Positions 45,088-55,043 of a stretch of DNA of 64,000 nt are shown here, piece after piece. The notes beneath the pieces were generated by a model, which was given only the letters and a program-made list of their open reading frames with translations, did not search any database and was not told where the DNA came from. Both the position numbers and the translations under genes were made by a program. Each line of letters begins with the position of its first letter. The stretch's first letter is position 1. Origin of the DNA: a candidate division CPR2 bacterium GW2011_GWC2_39_10 (GTDB lineage Bacteria > Patescibacteriota > CPR2); assembly GCA_000993275.1 (NCBI GenBank), contig LBVV01000007.1, forward strand, positions 57,290-121,289. The letters are read 5' to 3'.

Positions 45088-46884
45088 CTACTTTGCGGGC
45101 AGCTTATATATTAATATAGAATAGCCTATTTGCGCAACCGGTTTATAGCCGTCAAGGATACTATAATCGATTTTCTCTACGCCTTGTTTTGTTTTTAAAC
45201 GACTATTTTGGAAAAATGTTTCCGATACGGCAAGGTAGCCTTCCGGCCACTGGTTCTCGAAATCCTGAACATGCCATTCTATCATTTTATCTCCCATATA
45301 GTATTTTGCCGGCATTGGTCCGGGAAAAACGTCGACATATATTTTATCTATATCTTCTTTATCCGCCCACGCGGAAAGCCGTTTTACGTCCTGCCCCCAA
45401 TCTACGTTGGAATCGATAAGCCACTTATATCCGTTTTTTGGCCCGCCGATAAACTCGTTAAAGTAAGAAAGGTATGACGGATAGATAAAAAAATTGGACA
45501 ATGCGTACCAAACAAGAAGCAAAGTAAAGCCAATTGCCGGCAAAGATTTTTTTGTTAGCTTTCCTAAAGCCTTAAAGTTAATGATGTTCACAAGTTTTGC
45601 AACAGAAATGAAAATAAAAGGATAAACGGGAAGCATATATCTTATGCCCAAATTTAACGACCCCTGCATTCCCAGAGCCAATAGAACCAGCGGCGGTACT
45701 AAAAGATAATACTGATCAAAAAAGTCTTTGGTCTTAAACTTTTTCCATAAAACCACCGCCAAAACCATAAAAATCATTGTTGGAATTGGCGTTTTAATTA
45801 AGAAAGCTACCGGATAATAATACCACCAGCCTTGATTAGAAGATTGCCCAGCCAAAAAAGCATCATGACCACCATTAACGTGACTTGCAACCATAGTAAA
45901 GCCAAGCAAGTAATGCCCCATTGGCCTTAAAATCGGATTATCGGTCATTTTGTGAAGTATGCCCAGTATGCCTTTTGTATCTTCACTGTAGGGGATTGCT
46001 TCCGTGATGAGATCATGCTGAACCTGAACCGGCATATTGATAACATGAAAAGCATAAACTACCCAAGTTAGAAAGATACCAATAACGACAATCATGGCAA
46101 ATGAGGAGAAATAGCCCCAAAAACGCTTTTGCCACTTGCCGCTGCTAAAATTATTGAAGAATTTATCCGGGCTTTTTTCTTGATTAATGTTTTTTATTAC
46201 GGCATAGAGGAAGATTAAACCGTAAATGGGTACTAAAATGGCAGCCGAAAATTTGGCCACCATAACAAAGCCAAAAGATAAGCCGGCGAAAATTAGGCCG
46301 TTCCACCTCGGTGATCTTATAAACTTCCATAGCAAATATAAATGCAAAGTAAGAGCGGCCGTAATACCCAAATCTGTCGTCACGAACCTGGAATGAGCAA
46401 TAATATTGGCATCTAAAACATACAGAAACAATGCAAAATAAGCAGCGCTTTGACCGTACAACTTCTTTGCCCACCTATAAACGATAAAACCGGCAATAAG
46501 AGATAGCAGCATAATCGGTATTCTGGTTGCCAGTATCATCGCATCCGGATTATTGCCGCTTTCGTAAATAAAACGCCAACCCATTAGCCACTGATTATTC
46601 ACCGTTTCACCTGAATTATTAGAAGCCCAGTAATCATAAGGAAAATTTACATTCATAAAGAGAAGCGGTATAACGGCCAAATCTTTTATGATTGGCGGGT
46701 GTTCAGGATTTAAACGATAATCACCGGTTGTAAGGTAAGAATAACCGGCCGGAATATGAGCAATTTCGTCAACTATATTAGAGTCTCCCCGCGCCGAAAA
46801 AAACATTAAACCAAACATTAGGGTCAACAAAAAAGGTGCTATCAGCAGTTTAATTAAATTATATTTTGAGTCCTTGCCACTCAT
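45088..46884 (-). CDS. GT-C fold glycosyltransferase (GT39/ArnT/PMT-like, polyprenyl-phosphate-sugar dependent)
   Basis: 598 aa with more than 10 TM helices. An N-terminal loop near the first TM helix carries the DE/DD-type motif region typical of ArnT/PMT_2 proteins. The context is GT2 + GtrA. Confidence 0.65.
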   Translation of the reverse strand: MSGKDSKYNLIKLLIAPFLLTLMFGLMFFSARGDSNIVDEIAHIPAGYSYLTTGDYRLNPEHPPIIKDLAVIPLLFMNVNFPYDYWASNNSGETVNNQWLMGWRFIYESGNNPDAMILATRIPIMLLSLIAGFIVYRWAKKLYGQSAAYFALFLYVLDANIIAHSRFVTTDLGITAALTLHLYLLWKFIRSPRWNGLIFAGLSFGFVMVAKFSAAILVPIYGLIFLYAVIKNINQEKSPDKFFNNFSSGKWQKRFWGYFSSFAMIVVIGIFLTWVVYAFHVINMPVQVQHDLITEAIPYSEDTKGILGILHKMTDNPILRPMGHYLLGFTMVASHVNGGHDAFLAGQSSNQGWWYYYPVAFLIKTPIPTMIFMVLAVVLWKKFKTKDFFDQYYLLVPPLVLLALGMQGSLNLGIRYMLPVYPFIFISVAKLVNIINFKALGKLTKKSLPAIGFTLLLVWYALSNFFIYPSYLSYFNEFIGGPKNGYKWLIDSNVDWGQDVKRLSAWADKEDIDKIYVDVFPGPMPAKYYMGDKMIEWHVQDFENQWPEGYLAVSETFFQNSRLKTKQGVEKIDYSILDGYKPVAQIGYSILIYKLPAK

Positions 46885-46894
46885 AAACCCTCCG

Positions 46895-47725
46895 CTATTT
46901 ATTTAATTTATACGCTCCCTTAAGATCTTTAATTCTTATTTGAAAGATTTCAATAAAAGATTTCAATGTTTCCTTTATCGAGATATTGGAAGCCATTGCG
47001 TCGTCGTTCCATTTTACCGGAACTTCGATTACCGGAAATTTATATTTTTTTGCAATGACAAAAACTTCGGTATCAAAACCAAAGCCCGGCAAGGTGACTA
47101 ACGGGAAAATTGTGTCTGCCGCCTTTTTTGAAAAAAGTTTAAAGCCGCACCGGCTATCAGCAAAACTTTGCCCGAGAAATACCGTAAATGCCAAGTTGCC
47201 GCCTCTTGAAACAAACTGTCGCCAACGTCCTTGCTTCACTTTGGCCGTATAGCTTTTGGCATGACCGAAAACAATAACATCCAGGACATCTTTTGACGCT
47301 GAAAAAAACGCCTTAAACCAATTGGTTTGCGGCTCGGTTGCCTTATTCGAATATCTGGAACCGATAATTACTTCATATTTATCAATGTATGGCAGCAATT
47401 TGTCAATTTCTCTAAAATTTGTAGAATTATCGGCGTCCATGAACATTTTAAAATCACCCTTAGCCCGAACCATGCCCAACCGTACCGCCCCTCCTTTACC
47501 TCTGCGATCAGGCGGATCAGATAAAACTTCCAACCGGAAGAAATGATCTTCTCTTTTTTTGGCAACTTCCACCGAATTGTCAGTTGAATTTCCATCGATG
47601 TACAACACCTCAACGTCATAATTAATGGTTTTTGCATGCTCAGCAATATCATCCAAGGTTTTTCCCAATTCTTCGCCCTGATTGCGGCCCGGAATGATTA
47701 CAGAAATTAATTTTTTATCACTCAT
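46895..47725 (-). CDS. GT2 glycosyltransferase (polyprenyl-phosphate hexose synthase, DPM1/ArnC/GtrB-like)
   Basis: 'ISVIIPGRNQ...' N-terminus. The DxD region 'MFMDADNS' is present. 276 aa. Confidence 0.8.
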   Translation of the reverse strand: MSDKKLISVIIPGRNQGEELGKTLDDIAEHAKTINYDVEVLYIDGNSTDNSVEVAKKREDHFFRLEVLSDPPDRRGKGGAVRLGMVRAKGDFKMFMDADNSTNFREIDKLLPYIDKYEVIIGSRYSNKATEPQTNWFKAFFSASKDVLDVIVFGHAKSYTAKVKQGRWRQFVSRGGNLAFTVFLGQSFADSRCGFKLFSKKAADTIFPLVTLPGFGFDTEVFVIAKKYKFPVIEVPVKWNDDAMASNISIKETLKSFIEIFQIRIKDLKGAYKLNK

Positions 47726-47727
47726 AT

Positions 47728-49254
47728 TTAGTCCTTATTTATACTATAGATATTAAATAATATTTTTTTGGAGTACGGAGAAACATACCACATCAGTTCC
47801 CCCTCCGGAAATTTTTCCTGTACCTTATTTAAGTATATATTATCGCTTACCGGAATGACAAACACATTTTTTCCTTTTAGATTTAAGCCGCCAATTTCTT
47901 CGAGAGTAATTTTTTTGGCTTTTTGACCGGATAGCGTATTTAAAATATTGCTTCTTGCCCCGCCAGTATAATAACCGTTAACCCCCGGCCCTAAATTATT
48001 TAAATACCTCGACTCGGCAACTAAGTCTTCGTTGTATACCAGATAAGTTTCCGGTGCTCCGGCCCAAACTAAATAATATTTAGTAATATTAAAACTTGAC
48101 GATAAAAAAATTAGAATGAAAAATAATGTCCAGCCTAAACGTCTTGCATTTTTATTAAAGGGAAACAATCCAAGCCATTTTGAGAGTGTCCAATCGGTGG
48201 CAATAGCGGCGAAAATGAAAACAATCGGTATTACACCTGCCATTTTTAAACCATAAAGATAATTAGTGGAGAAAATTGCCGGCATCATAAAACAAACGAA
48301 CGAGATTAAAAGTATTTGCTGTTTAGTTTTTTTATGATACTTAATCGCCATTAGAATACCCGCAACAAAAGCAATTCCGATAAAAGGATCTAAAAGCGGC
48401 TCTTTACCAATATTTATGCTCCACATTTGCGGGCTTTCAAAGTTAAATGCCAGCAAGCTCTTAAAACCGTTTTTTAAAACATCGGCAACTCCGGGAAAAA
48501 TAAATGAAAGCTTGGAAGGATTCCAAATCAGATATATTATTATCGGCACCATCGCAAAGAGGCTAATTATTTCTGTCAAAAAAATCTCTTTTTTGTATTT
48601 TGAAAGAACTTTAGGTTTTTTATTACTTACGAAGTATAGTGCCGGGTATAAAAGTATCGGTAAAAGCCAAAAAACTATGCTGGAGTAAAGCCCTACGGCT
48701 AAGGTAATGCCGGTAATAACAAAATAAATTTTTTTCTTTTCCCTGAAAGCAATTGAGGCAAAATATAAAAGAGCTATCAAAACTAAAGGTATAATGTTTG
48801 AATGAACAACCGATCTTGAGATCAAGAGCGGCCAAAAAGAAACAGCCGTAAAGAATGACGCAATAAGAGCAATCCGCTGGTTGAACCATTCTTTAGACAA
48901 CAAATAAACAAACAGGATCAATAGGCTCCCTAAAAATGCCGATATGAATCTTAGCAATACCAGCGTATTATCCCCCGATATCTTTGACGCTAAAACTATT
49001 ATTAGTTTATAAAAAACATCCGAACCAATTTTTAAGTTAGGGATGGAATCATTTATTATGCTTATCTCGCCTACATAGGCGCCCGGAGGTAAAATATTTA
49101 ACCTGAAGAAGCGCAAAAAAATTCCAAGAAGAAAGATTAGGCCAAAGGTTATTTCGTATTTGTTTTTCCTGGCAAATTTTATGCATGTCGAAAAAAGGGT
49201 TTTTAAGCCGAAATTTTTGGAAAAACAAATTTTTTTTATTTTATGAAAACCCAT
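47728..49254 (-). CDS. GT-C fold glycosyltransferase (second ArnT/PMT-like membrane protein)
   Basis: 508-aa polytopic membrane protein with the same architecture class as 45088..46884. Confidence 0.6.
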   Translation of the reverse strand: MGFHKIKKICFSKNFGLKTLFSTCIKFARKNKYEITFGLIFLLGIFLRFFRLNILPPGAYVGEISIINDSIPNLKIGSDVFYKLIIVLASKISGDNTLVLLRFISAFLGSLLILFVYLLSKEWFNQRIALIASFFTAVSFWPLLISRSVVHSNIIPLVLIALLYFASIAFREKKKIYFVITGITLAVGLYSSIVFWLLPILLYPALYFVSNKKPKVLSKYKKEIFLTEIISLFAMVPIIIYLIWNPSKLSFIFPGVADVLKNGFKSLLAFNFESPQMWSINIGKEPLLDPFIGIAFVAGILMAIKYHKKTKQQILLISFVCFMMPAIFSTNYLYGLKMAGVIPIVFIFAAIATDWTLSKWLGLFPFNKNARRLGWTLFFILIFLSSSFNITKYYLVWAGAPETYLVYNEDLVAESRYLNNLGPGVNGYYTGGARSNILNTLSGQKAKKITLEEIGGLNLKGKNVFVIPVSDNIYLNKVQEKFPEGELMWYVSPYSKKILFNIYSINKD

Positions 49255-49721
49255 TTTTTATACGTGATGAAATTCCAAACCATAGCAAAGGCGATTCCCC
49301 AGCATTTAGCAAAATTATTAACAACGAAGCTTTGACCAAAAAAACTATCCAAACCCATGAATCTAATGACCGAATAAGCCCATAATCCTGGCGCAGTAAG
49401 CTTTGAAGTTAGGATATAGACAATGCCGGTGTTAATAACATAAGCACTAAATAGTGTAAAAAGAATAAATTTTATGAGTTTTATGGCATCAGCCGAGCTA
49501 TTGTCGTTAAATGTCCATTTTTTATTAAAATAAAAGGAGCTAGCCATGGCTATGCTTGTTGAAAAAACATTTGCCTGCCATGGAAGCCAACTAAAAAATT
49601 TAATACCAAAATTAAATAAACTAATGTCTAAAACAGTATTAGACGCTCCCACTATAGAGAATTTTCCAACCTGTTTTTCAGTCTCAATAATTTCTTTTTG
49701 TTTTTTTGTTTTTTCTACCAT
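49236..49721 (-). CDS. GtrA-family membrane protein (polyprenyl-P-sugar flippase-like)
   Basis: 161 aa and four TM helices, with 'KFSIVGASNTVLDISLFNF' and 'AMVWNFITYKKWVF' signatures of the GtrA family. Confidence 0.7.
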   Translation of the reverse strand: MVEKTKKQKEIIETEKQVGKFSIVGASNTVLDISLFNFGIKFFSWLPWQANVFSTSIAMASSFYFNKKWTFNDNSSADAIKLIKFILFTLFSAYVINTGIVYILTSKLTAPGLWAYSVIRFMGLDSFFGQSFVVNNFAKCWGIAFAMVWNFITYKKWVFIK

Positions 49722-49787
49722 GCAAACTCCATTATTAATATACTTAATATAACAAATTTAATTTATCCGGGTAAGTGTATAAATTTT

Positions 49788-51140
49788 TTATGCACGCTTT
49801 TTTTCCAAATTTTTAAAAGCCATTTGTTCCGCTACCCAGTATAAATCGACTTCTCCGGTAGGACCGTTACGGTGCTTTCTAATTAAAATTTCGGCTACGT
49901 TTTTCTTTTCCGAATCTTTATTGTAATAATCATCTCTATAAACAAACATTACTACGTCAGCATCCTGCTCAATTGAGCCGGACTCTCTAAGGTCGGAAAG
50001 CTGAGGTCTTTTATCCGGCCGGTTCTCTAATTGTCTCGATAGTTGAGACAAGGCCATTACCGGCACATTCAATTCTCTGGCTAGTCCCTTTAGAGACCTG
50101 GAAATTTCCGAAATTTCCTGAACGCGATTATCGGAATAACGACCGCTCATTAGTTGCAGATAATCGACAATAATTAAACCGAGGCCGTGTTCTGCCTGAA
50201 GCCTTCTTGCTTTTGCCCTCATTTCTAATACGGTTATGCCGGGTGTGTCGTCAATAAAAAGCGGCGCCTCGGATAACGTTGCCATAGCCTGTCCTATTTT
50301 TGGAAAATCATCATCGTTTAGGTTGCCGGTTCTTAATTTCCATGAATCAATATTTGCCTCCGAACAAAGCATTCTGTCCACCAATTGTTCCTTGGACATT
50401 TCCAACGAGAACATACCTACCGGCATTCCTTCTTTTGACGCCAAATATTGGCCAACATTTAACGCAAAGGACGATTTGCCCATAGAAGGACGACCGCCAA
50501 TAATTATAAGATCAGACGGCTGCAAACCAGCTAATTTATTATCTAATTCTTTGAACCCGGTTGGCACTCCCCTTAAAGACTCTTTATCCTTATGAAGCAA
50601 GTCAAGTTTTTCAAAGCTATCCGTTAAAATAGACTTTATTGAAATAAATTTCTGTTTATGGTGTCTTTGGGAGACTGAAAAAAGTGTTTGCTCCGCTTTG
50701 TCTAAAACTTCGTCAATCTCGCCGTCCGAGCTAAAAGTTGTTTCAATAACATAATTAGCTGCTTCTATGAGCCTTCGCAGGACTGCTTTATCCGCCACAA
50801 TTTTTGCATAATCGAAAACATGAGCCGAGGAAACAACCGCATTTGCAAGAGAAGCAAGATAAGAAGACCCGCCGATTTCTTTTAAGGTTTTCTTTTCATC
50901 AAGTCTGTTTGACAAGGTAATTAAATCTATCGGCTGTCTTTTTTCAAAAAGTTCCAACATCGCTTCGTAAATACCTTCATGCTCCCTTTTATAAAAATCT
51001 TCCGGAGATAAGATATCCACAACCTTAATAAGAGCATCTTTTTCTAAAAGCAAGCAGCCCAATACGGATATTTCCGCTTCGACATTTTGAGGCGGAATTT
51101 TTTCCAACGGATCAATTGTTTTTTTTGTTTCTCTGGCCAT
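49788..51140 (-). CDS. dnaB: Replicative DNA helicase DnaB
   Basis: N-terminal 'PQNVEAEISVLGCLL', Walker A 'GGRPSMGKSSFALN', and the RecA-like C-terminal domain. 450 aa. Confidence 0.9.
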   Translation of the reverse strand: MARETKKTIDPLEKIPPQNVEAEISVLGCLLLEKDALIKVVDILSPEDFYKREHEGIYEAMLELFEKRQPIDLITLSNRLDEKKTLKEIGGSSYLASLANAVVSSAHVFDYAKIVADKAVLRRLIEAANYVIETTFSSDGEIDEVLDKAEQTLFSVSQRHHKQKFISIKSILTDSFEKLDLLHKDKESLRGVPTGFKELDNKLAGLQPSDLIIIGGRPSMGKSSFALNVGQYLASKEGMPVGMFSLEMSKEQLVDRMLCSEANIDSWKLRTGNLNDDDFPKIGQAMATLSEAPLFIDDTPGITVLEMRAKARRLQAEHGLGLIIVDYLQLMSGRYSDNRVQEISEISRSLKGLARELNVPVMALSQLSRQLENRPDKRPQLSDLRESGSIEQDADVVMFVYRDDYYNKDSEKKNVAEILIRKHRNGPTGEVDLYWVAEQMAFKNLEKKRA

Positions 51141-52601
51141 TTAGCTTATTATCTCTCCTTCGAATATTTCTAATAACTGATTTTCTAAATTTACTTCCGG
51201 CTTCTCTTTGGTTATTTTAGCGCCACCCGCCAAAATAACACATTTTACCTTTAGAGGCTGACCATAAACTTTTGAGGCAGCTTTTTCTAAAATTAACTTA
51301 TTTTTATTATCTTCTACTCTTTCTTTGTGAAACTGATATTGGAAATGCAACTTTAACTCTTTAGAGGACAATTCCGGCTGAGCAGCCCTTAAAAGAGCAT
51401 GAACGGAATGGTTCTCGGCCTTCACTTCCAACAAAAACTCTTCCCATTTATCGCCGGCTGAAGCGACAGACTCTTTCCCTGCGCTTGTTTCATTTTTTTT
51501 GCTCCCCTTTTGCTGAATCTCTCTTCCTTCAGGCAGCGTAAATTTTATCACTGCAATCTCTAGAGGGAGCTGAGGAATCGAAGTAACCCTTGCTTGTTTT
51601 TCTACATTAGCAATATCCTGTACCATGTCAATTATTTCTTTTTCAGATAAGGCATTAGCGATCCTCTCCAAAGACTCTTTCGAGAATAATTCGCTCTGTT
51701 TCTTGGTAAATTTATAAAGCATTGCCGAACGCAAAAAAACGGTTGTGTTTTTAATAAATTGCATCACGTCTCGGCCATCTTCAACTAGCTTTTCAATTAA
51801 GTCCAAAGCGTCTTTTGTTTTACCCTGAACCAAGAACCACACAAAGCCGGTGATTATTTCCAAATCGATATGACCAACAATAAGGCGCGCTTCTTCTAAA
51901 GATATTTTGCCGTTATTAAACGAGGAAACTTGGTCCAAAAGAGATATGGCATCCCTGAAACTGCCGCCCGATTCTGCTGCAATTATTTCTAATGCTTTTT
52001 TATCAAACTCAAAATTTTCTTTAGAGGCAATGCTCTCAAGATGATCGGCAATCGTTTTTAAACCGATCTTTTGGAAATCAAAACGCTGACATCTGGAAAT
52101 AATAGTTTCCGGAACTTTATGCGCTTCGGTGGTTGCTAAGATAAAAATGGCGTGAGCCGGTGGCTCCTCTAAAGTTTTTAAAAGTGCATTAAACGCTTCT
52201 TTAGTAAGCATGTGCACTTCATCAATAATAAAGACCTTGTACTTGGCTTTATTTGGAGCAAATTTGATCTTTTCCCTAAGATCTCTTATCTCATCTATTC
52301 CTCTGTTGGAAGCCGCATCAATCTCAATTAAATCCAGGGCTCTTCCCGCTTTGAAATCCAGACACATCTCGCATTCGTCGCAAGGCTCGCCTTTTTTTAA
52401 ATTTAGACAATCAACCGCTTTGGAAAAAATTCGAGCAACAGACGTCTTTCCAACTCCCCTAACGCCGCAAAACAAATAAGCATGCGAAACCCGGCCCATC
52501 TCTATTGCGTTCATTAGGGTTCTAGTGACATGACCCTGGCCGGAAACATCCGAAAACAAAGCCGGCCTATATTTTCTATATAATGCTGCTCTCATGTCCA
52601 C
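51141..52601 (-). CDS. dnaX: DNA polymerase III subunit gamma/tau
   Basis: 'YLFCGVRGVGKTS' Walker A, zinc module 'CLNLKKGEPCDECEMC', and 'SRCQRF' sensor motif. 486 aa. Confidence 0.9.
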   Translation of the reverse strand: MDMRAALYRKYRPALFSDVSGQGHVTRTLMNAIEMGRVSHAYLFCGVRGVGKTSVARIFSKAVDCLNLKKGEPCDECEMCLDFKAGRALDLIEIDAASNRGIDEIRDLREKIKFAPNKAKYKVFIIDEVHMLTKEAFNALLKTLEEPPAHAIFILATTEAHKVPETIISRCQRFDFQKIGLKTIADHLESIASKENFEFDKKALEIIAAESGGSFRDAISLLDQVSSFNNGKISLEEARLIVGHIDLEIITGFVWFLVQGKTKDALDLIEKLVEDGRDVMQFIKNTTVFLRSAMLYKFTKKQSELFSKESLERIANALSEKEIIDMVQDIANVEKQARVTSIPQLPLEIAVIKFTLPEGREIQQKGSKKNETSAGKESVASAGDKWEEFLLEVKAENHSVHALLRAAQPELSSKELKLHFQYQFHKERVEDNKNKLILEKAASKVYGQPLKVKCVILAGGAKITKEKPEVNLENQLLEIFEGEIIS

Positions 52602-52604
52602 CTC

Positions 52605-52739
52605 GCTTTACCGGGCTTACGCAAAATGACGCATCTATCCAAGCCGAAACAAGGTGAGATAAAATCTCTTTTCTCTACTGGAAGCATATCCGTAGATACT
52701 TGGGCAGGAGAAAAAGGGATTTTAGCCGCTTGGTTTGGT
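52605..52739 (+). repeat. MITE-like repeat, copy C (right TIR missing/truncated)
   Basis: The left TIR 'gggcttacgcaaaa' plus ~135 bp aligns with copies A and B. It diverges after 'ggaggtgtgg'. Confidence 0.55.
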
Positions 52740-52800
52740 TTGGGAGGTGTGGAAAAAAGCCCCTTACTTAAACTAGAATTTTTAACTCTAGCGTTGTTGC

Positions 52801-53706
52801 CTATATTTCAAGTTCTTTTACTTCTTGTTCGCTACCCAAAACCGGCTTTGGCGGACTTGGGACAGGCTTTTCTTCTTCAAGATCAATCGCAGTTTGAAGA
52901 ACTTCGGATGTTCCTTCATTTACCAAATAATCATCATTGCTTTGACTTTCGGCTTCCGGCTCTCTTTGCGGCTCATTACCCAAAAGTTCGGAAATATCGG
53001 CATTATTACTGCCCGCACCCGACCAAGCCATAGTACTTGGCATTTCTTCTTCGGCATCTACGACAGACTCATTTAAAATTGGTTCTTCTTCTATCGTCAG
53101 CGGAGCGCCCGCCTTTACAGCCTCCAGCATCTCCTCATCTTTTTCAAAACTTTCCTCCGGCGACTCTTCGCCTTCGGGAGCACCATGCAGAACATTTTCA
53201 ATTGCGCCCCATTCGCTGTTTCCATCTTTTGGAATTACCAACGTTACGTGATCGCCCGGCTGTACCTTGAAATAAGTAATTGAAGCAAATAAAATTTTAT
53301 AGGCTTTTCCTTCGGCAAGAACTCTGTAGTCGCCATCCGCATAATTTAGAATGCCTGTTATTTTTTTTCGTTCAATCGGACCAATTTGTTTAAAAATAAA
53401 AGTGCCGTCCGCATTAACGGTTAGCTTTAAAACGTCGCCTTGAACTAATTTTGACTTTGAAGAGTAATTGGCCGGAACCGGATATTTCTTTTGATCCGGA
53501 CCAACCATGTGCTCACCGTCAAACACTCCTTCAATTATTTTACCGCCCTCAGATATGTTTAAATTTAATGCCTTACCTTTTATGGCTTCGTCTGTCGGGC
53601 TAGATTTACCGGATAATTCATTAATTAATTGCCTGGCCGCTAAAATTGATGTTTCAGCCCCGGCAATAAGTTGACTTAGGTGTTCAATTTTTTCTCTATC
53701 GTCCAT
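52801..53706 (-). CDS. Hypothetical acidic protein
   Basis: The start at 53706 (MDDREK..) has an AGGA RBS. The central region is beta-rich and the C-terminal tail is highly acidic (E/D/P). There is no family call. Confidence 0.45.
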   Translation of the reverse strand: MDDREKIEHLSQLIAGAETSILAARQLINELSGKSSPTDEAIKGKALNLNISEGGKIIEGVFDGEHMVGPDQKKYPVPANYSSKSKLVQGDVLKLTVNADGTFIFKQIGPIERKKITGILNYADGDYRVLAEGKAYKILFASITYFKVQPGDHVTLVIPKDGNSEWGAIENVLHGAPEGEESPEESFEKDEEMLEAVKAGAPLTIEEEPILNESVVDAEEEMPSTMAWSGAGSNNADISELLGNEPQREPEAESQSNDDYLVNEGTSEVLQTAIDLEEEKPVPSPPKPVLGSEQEVKELEI

Positions 53707-53761
53707 ATTTTTTCCTTTTATTTTTGTTTTCCCCTTAATCATAAAATTAGCACTTTATTAT

Positions 53762-54934
53762 CTAAGTGTCAATTTTATCGTTGAACATAAGGATGAAATC
53801 TTTTTTAAAACCGGAGAAAGAGCCATTATTTATTGATTCTCTTATATTTCCCATTAATGTTAGCAAGAAATGAAGATTGTGAAGAGTCGTTAGCCTGTGT
53901 CCCAAAATTTCATTATTTTTTATGAGATGGCTTATGTATCCCCTAGAATAACCTTGGCAACTTAAGCAACTGCACCCAACTTCAATAGGAGTTTTATCTT
54001 GCGCATATTTTGAATTTCTTAAATTAATCCTGCCGGTTTTTGTCCAAACCGCACCGTTTCTTGCCATTCTGGTAGGCATGACGCAATCGAACATATCCAC
54101 GCCTCTTTCAACCGCCTCTAAAATTCCAATCGGCTCTCCTACTCCCATTAAATATCTGGGTTTGTCTTTGGGAATCAAACATAATGTTGCGTCTAGGGCT
54201 ATTTTTTGTTTCTCTCTGGACTCTCCGGCGTTTGCAACGCCACCAATTGAAAAACCGGAAACAGGGAACTGCCTTAAAAAATCTAAAGATTTTTTTCTTA
54301 AATCTTTATGGGTGCCGCCTTGGATTATAGCAAACAGAGCCGGCCGATTCTCCATATCCTTTATTTTCTCTTTGTAGTGTTTAAACGCTAGCCTAAACCA
54401 AATATTTGTAATTTCCACCGCCTCTTCAATTTCTCTCCTATCAGCTTCTGCGGACGGACAAAAATCTAACGGCATCATAATGTCAGAGCCGATTGTTAAT
54501 TGATAATCAATTACTTTCTCCGGCGTAAAAAAGTGTTTAGAACCGTCAATGTGCGAGGTAAATTCTGCCCCCTCACTGCTAATTTTAACCAAATTTCCAG
54601 ACAGATTGCCTCTATGACTAGCGCCAAGCGAAAAAATTTGATATCCGCCACTATCGGTAAGAATTGGCTTTGAAAAATTCATAAAATTATGAAGGCCCCC
54701 AAATTCCTTTAAAACTTCAAGACCAGGCCTTAAATAAAGATGATAAGTATTGCCTAAAATGATATCAGCCCCAAGGCTGTAGATTTCTTCGCTGCTAAGT
54801 GATTTGACGCTTCCAATAGTACCAACCGGCATAAAAACCGGCGTTTTAATTTCCCCTCTTAAAGTTTTAATAATTCCGGTTCGCGCCTCGCTTTTTTGAT
54901 CTTTCTTGATTTCGGTAAACTTAAACATTGTCAT
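53762..54934 (-). CDS. tgt: Queuine tRNA-ribosyltransferase
   Basis: 'FMPVGTIGSVK', 'LGNTYHL', and zinc site 'CSCLSCQGYSRGYISHL'. 390 aa. Confidence 0.9.
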   Translation of the reverse strand: MTMFKFTEIKKDQKSEARTGIIKTLRGEIKTPVFMPVGTIGSVKSLSSEEIYSLGADIILGNTYHLYLRPGLEVLKEFGGLHNFMNFSKPILTDSGGYQIFSLGASHRGNLSGNLVKISSEGAEFTSHIDGSKHFFTPEKVIDYQLTIGSDIMMPLDFCPSAEADRREIEEAVEITNIWFRLAFKHYKEKIKDMENRPALFAIIQGGTHKDLRKKSLDFLRQFPVSGFSIGGVANAGESREKQKIALDATLCLIPKDKPRYLMGVGEPIGILEAVERGVDMFDCVMPTRMARNGAVWTKTGRINLRNSKYAQDKTPIEVGCSCLSCQGYSRGYISHLIKNNEILGHRLTTLHNLHFLLTLMGNIRESINNGSFSGFKKDFILMFNDKIDT

Positions 54935-54999
54935 ATTTTACCATTCTTTTTCCTTTTATAACAGAATTTCCTTGTAAGGCAGATGAAAATAATATAAAG

Positions 55000-55024
55000 T
55001 ATTGTCAATTTGGCTCTTTGACAA
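55000..55024 (+). promoter_or_regulatory. Perfect palindrome ATTGTCAA-N9-TTGACAAT immediately upstream of the RBS of ORF 55044
   Basis: An 8-bp inverted repeat sits 2-20 nt upstream of the AGGAGGAGG RBS. Confidence 0.4.
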
Positions 55025-55043
55025 TTAGGAGGAGGTAGGCGAA

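Noticed and set aside
52380-52410. A-rich heptamer (A AAA AAA G) in dnaX, reminiscent of the E. coli gamma/tau programmed -1 frameshift site
   Set aside because: It is located near codon 70, not about two-thirds into the gene. There is no downstream stem-loop and it is in-frame K-K-G. It is probably just Lys codons in an AT-rich genome.
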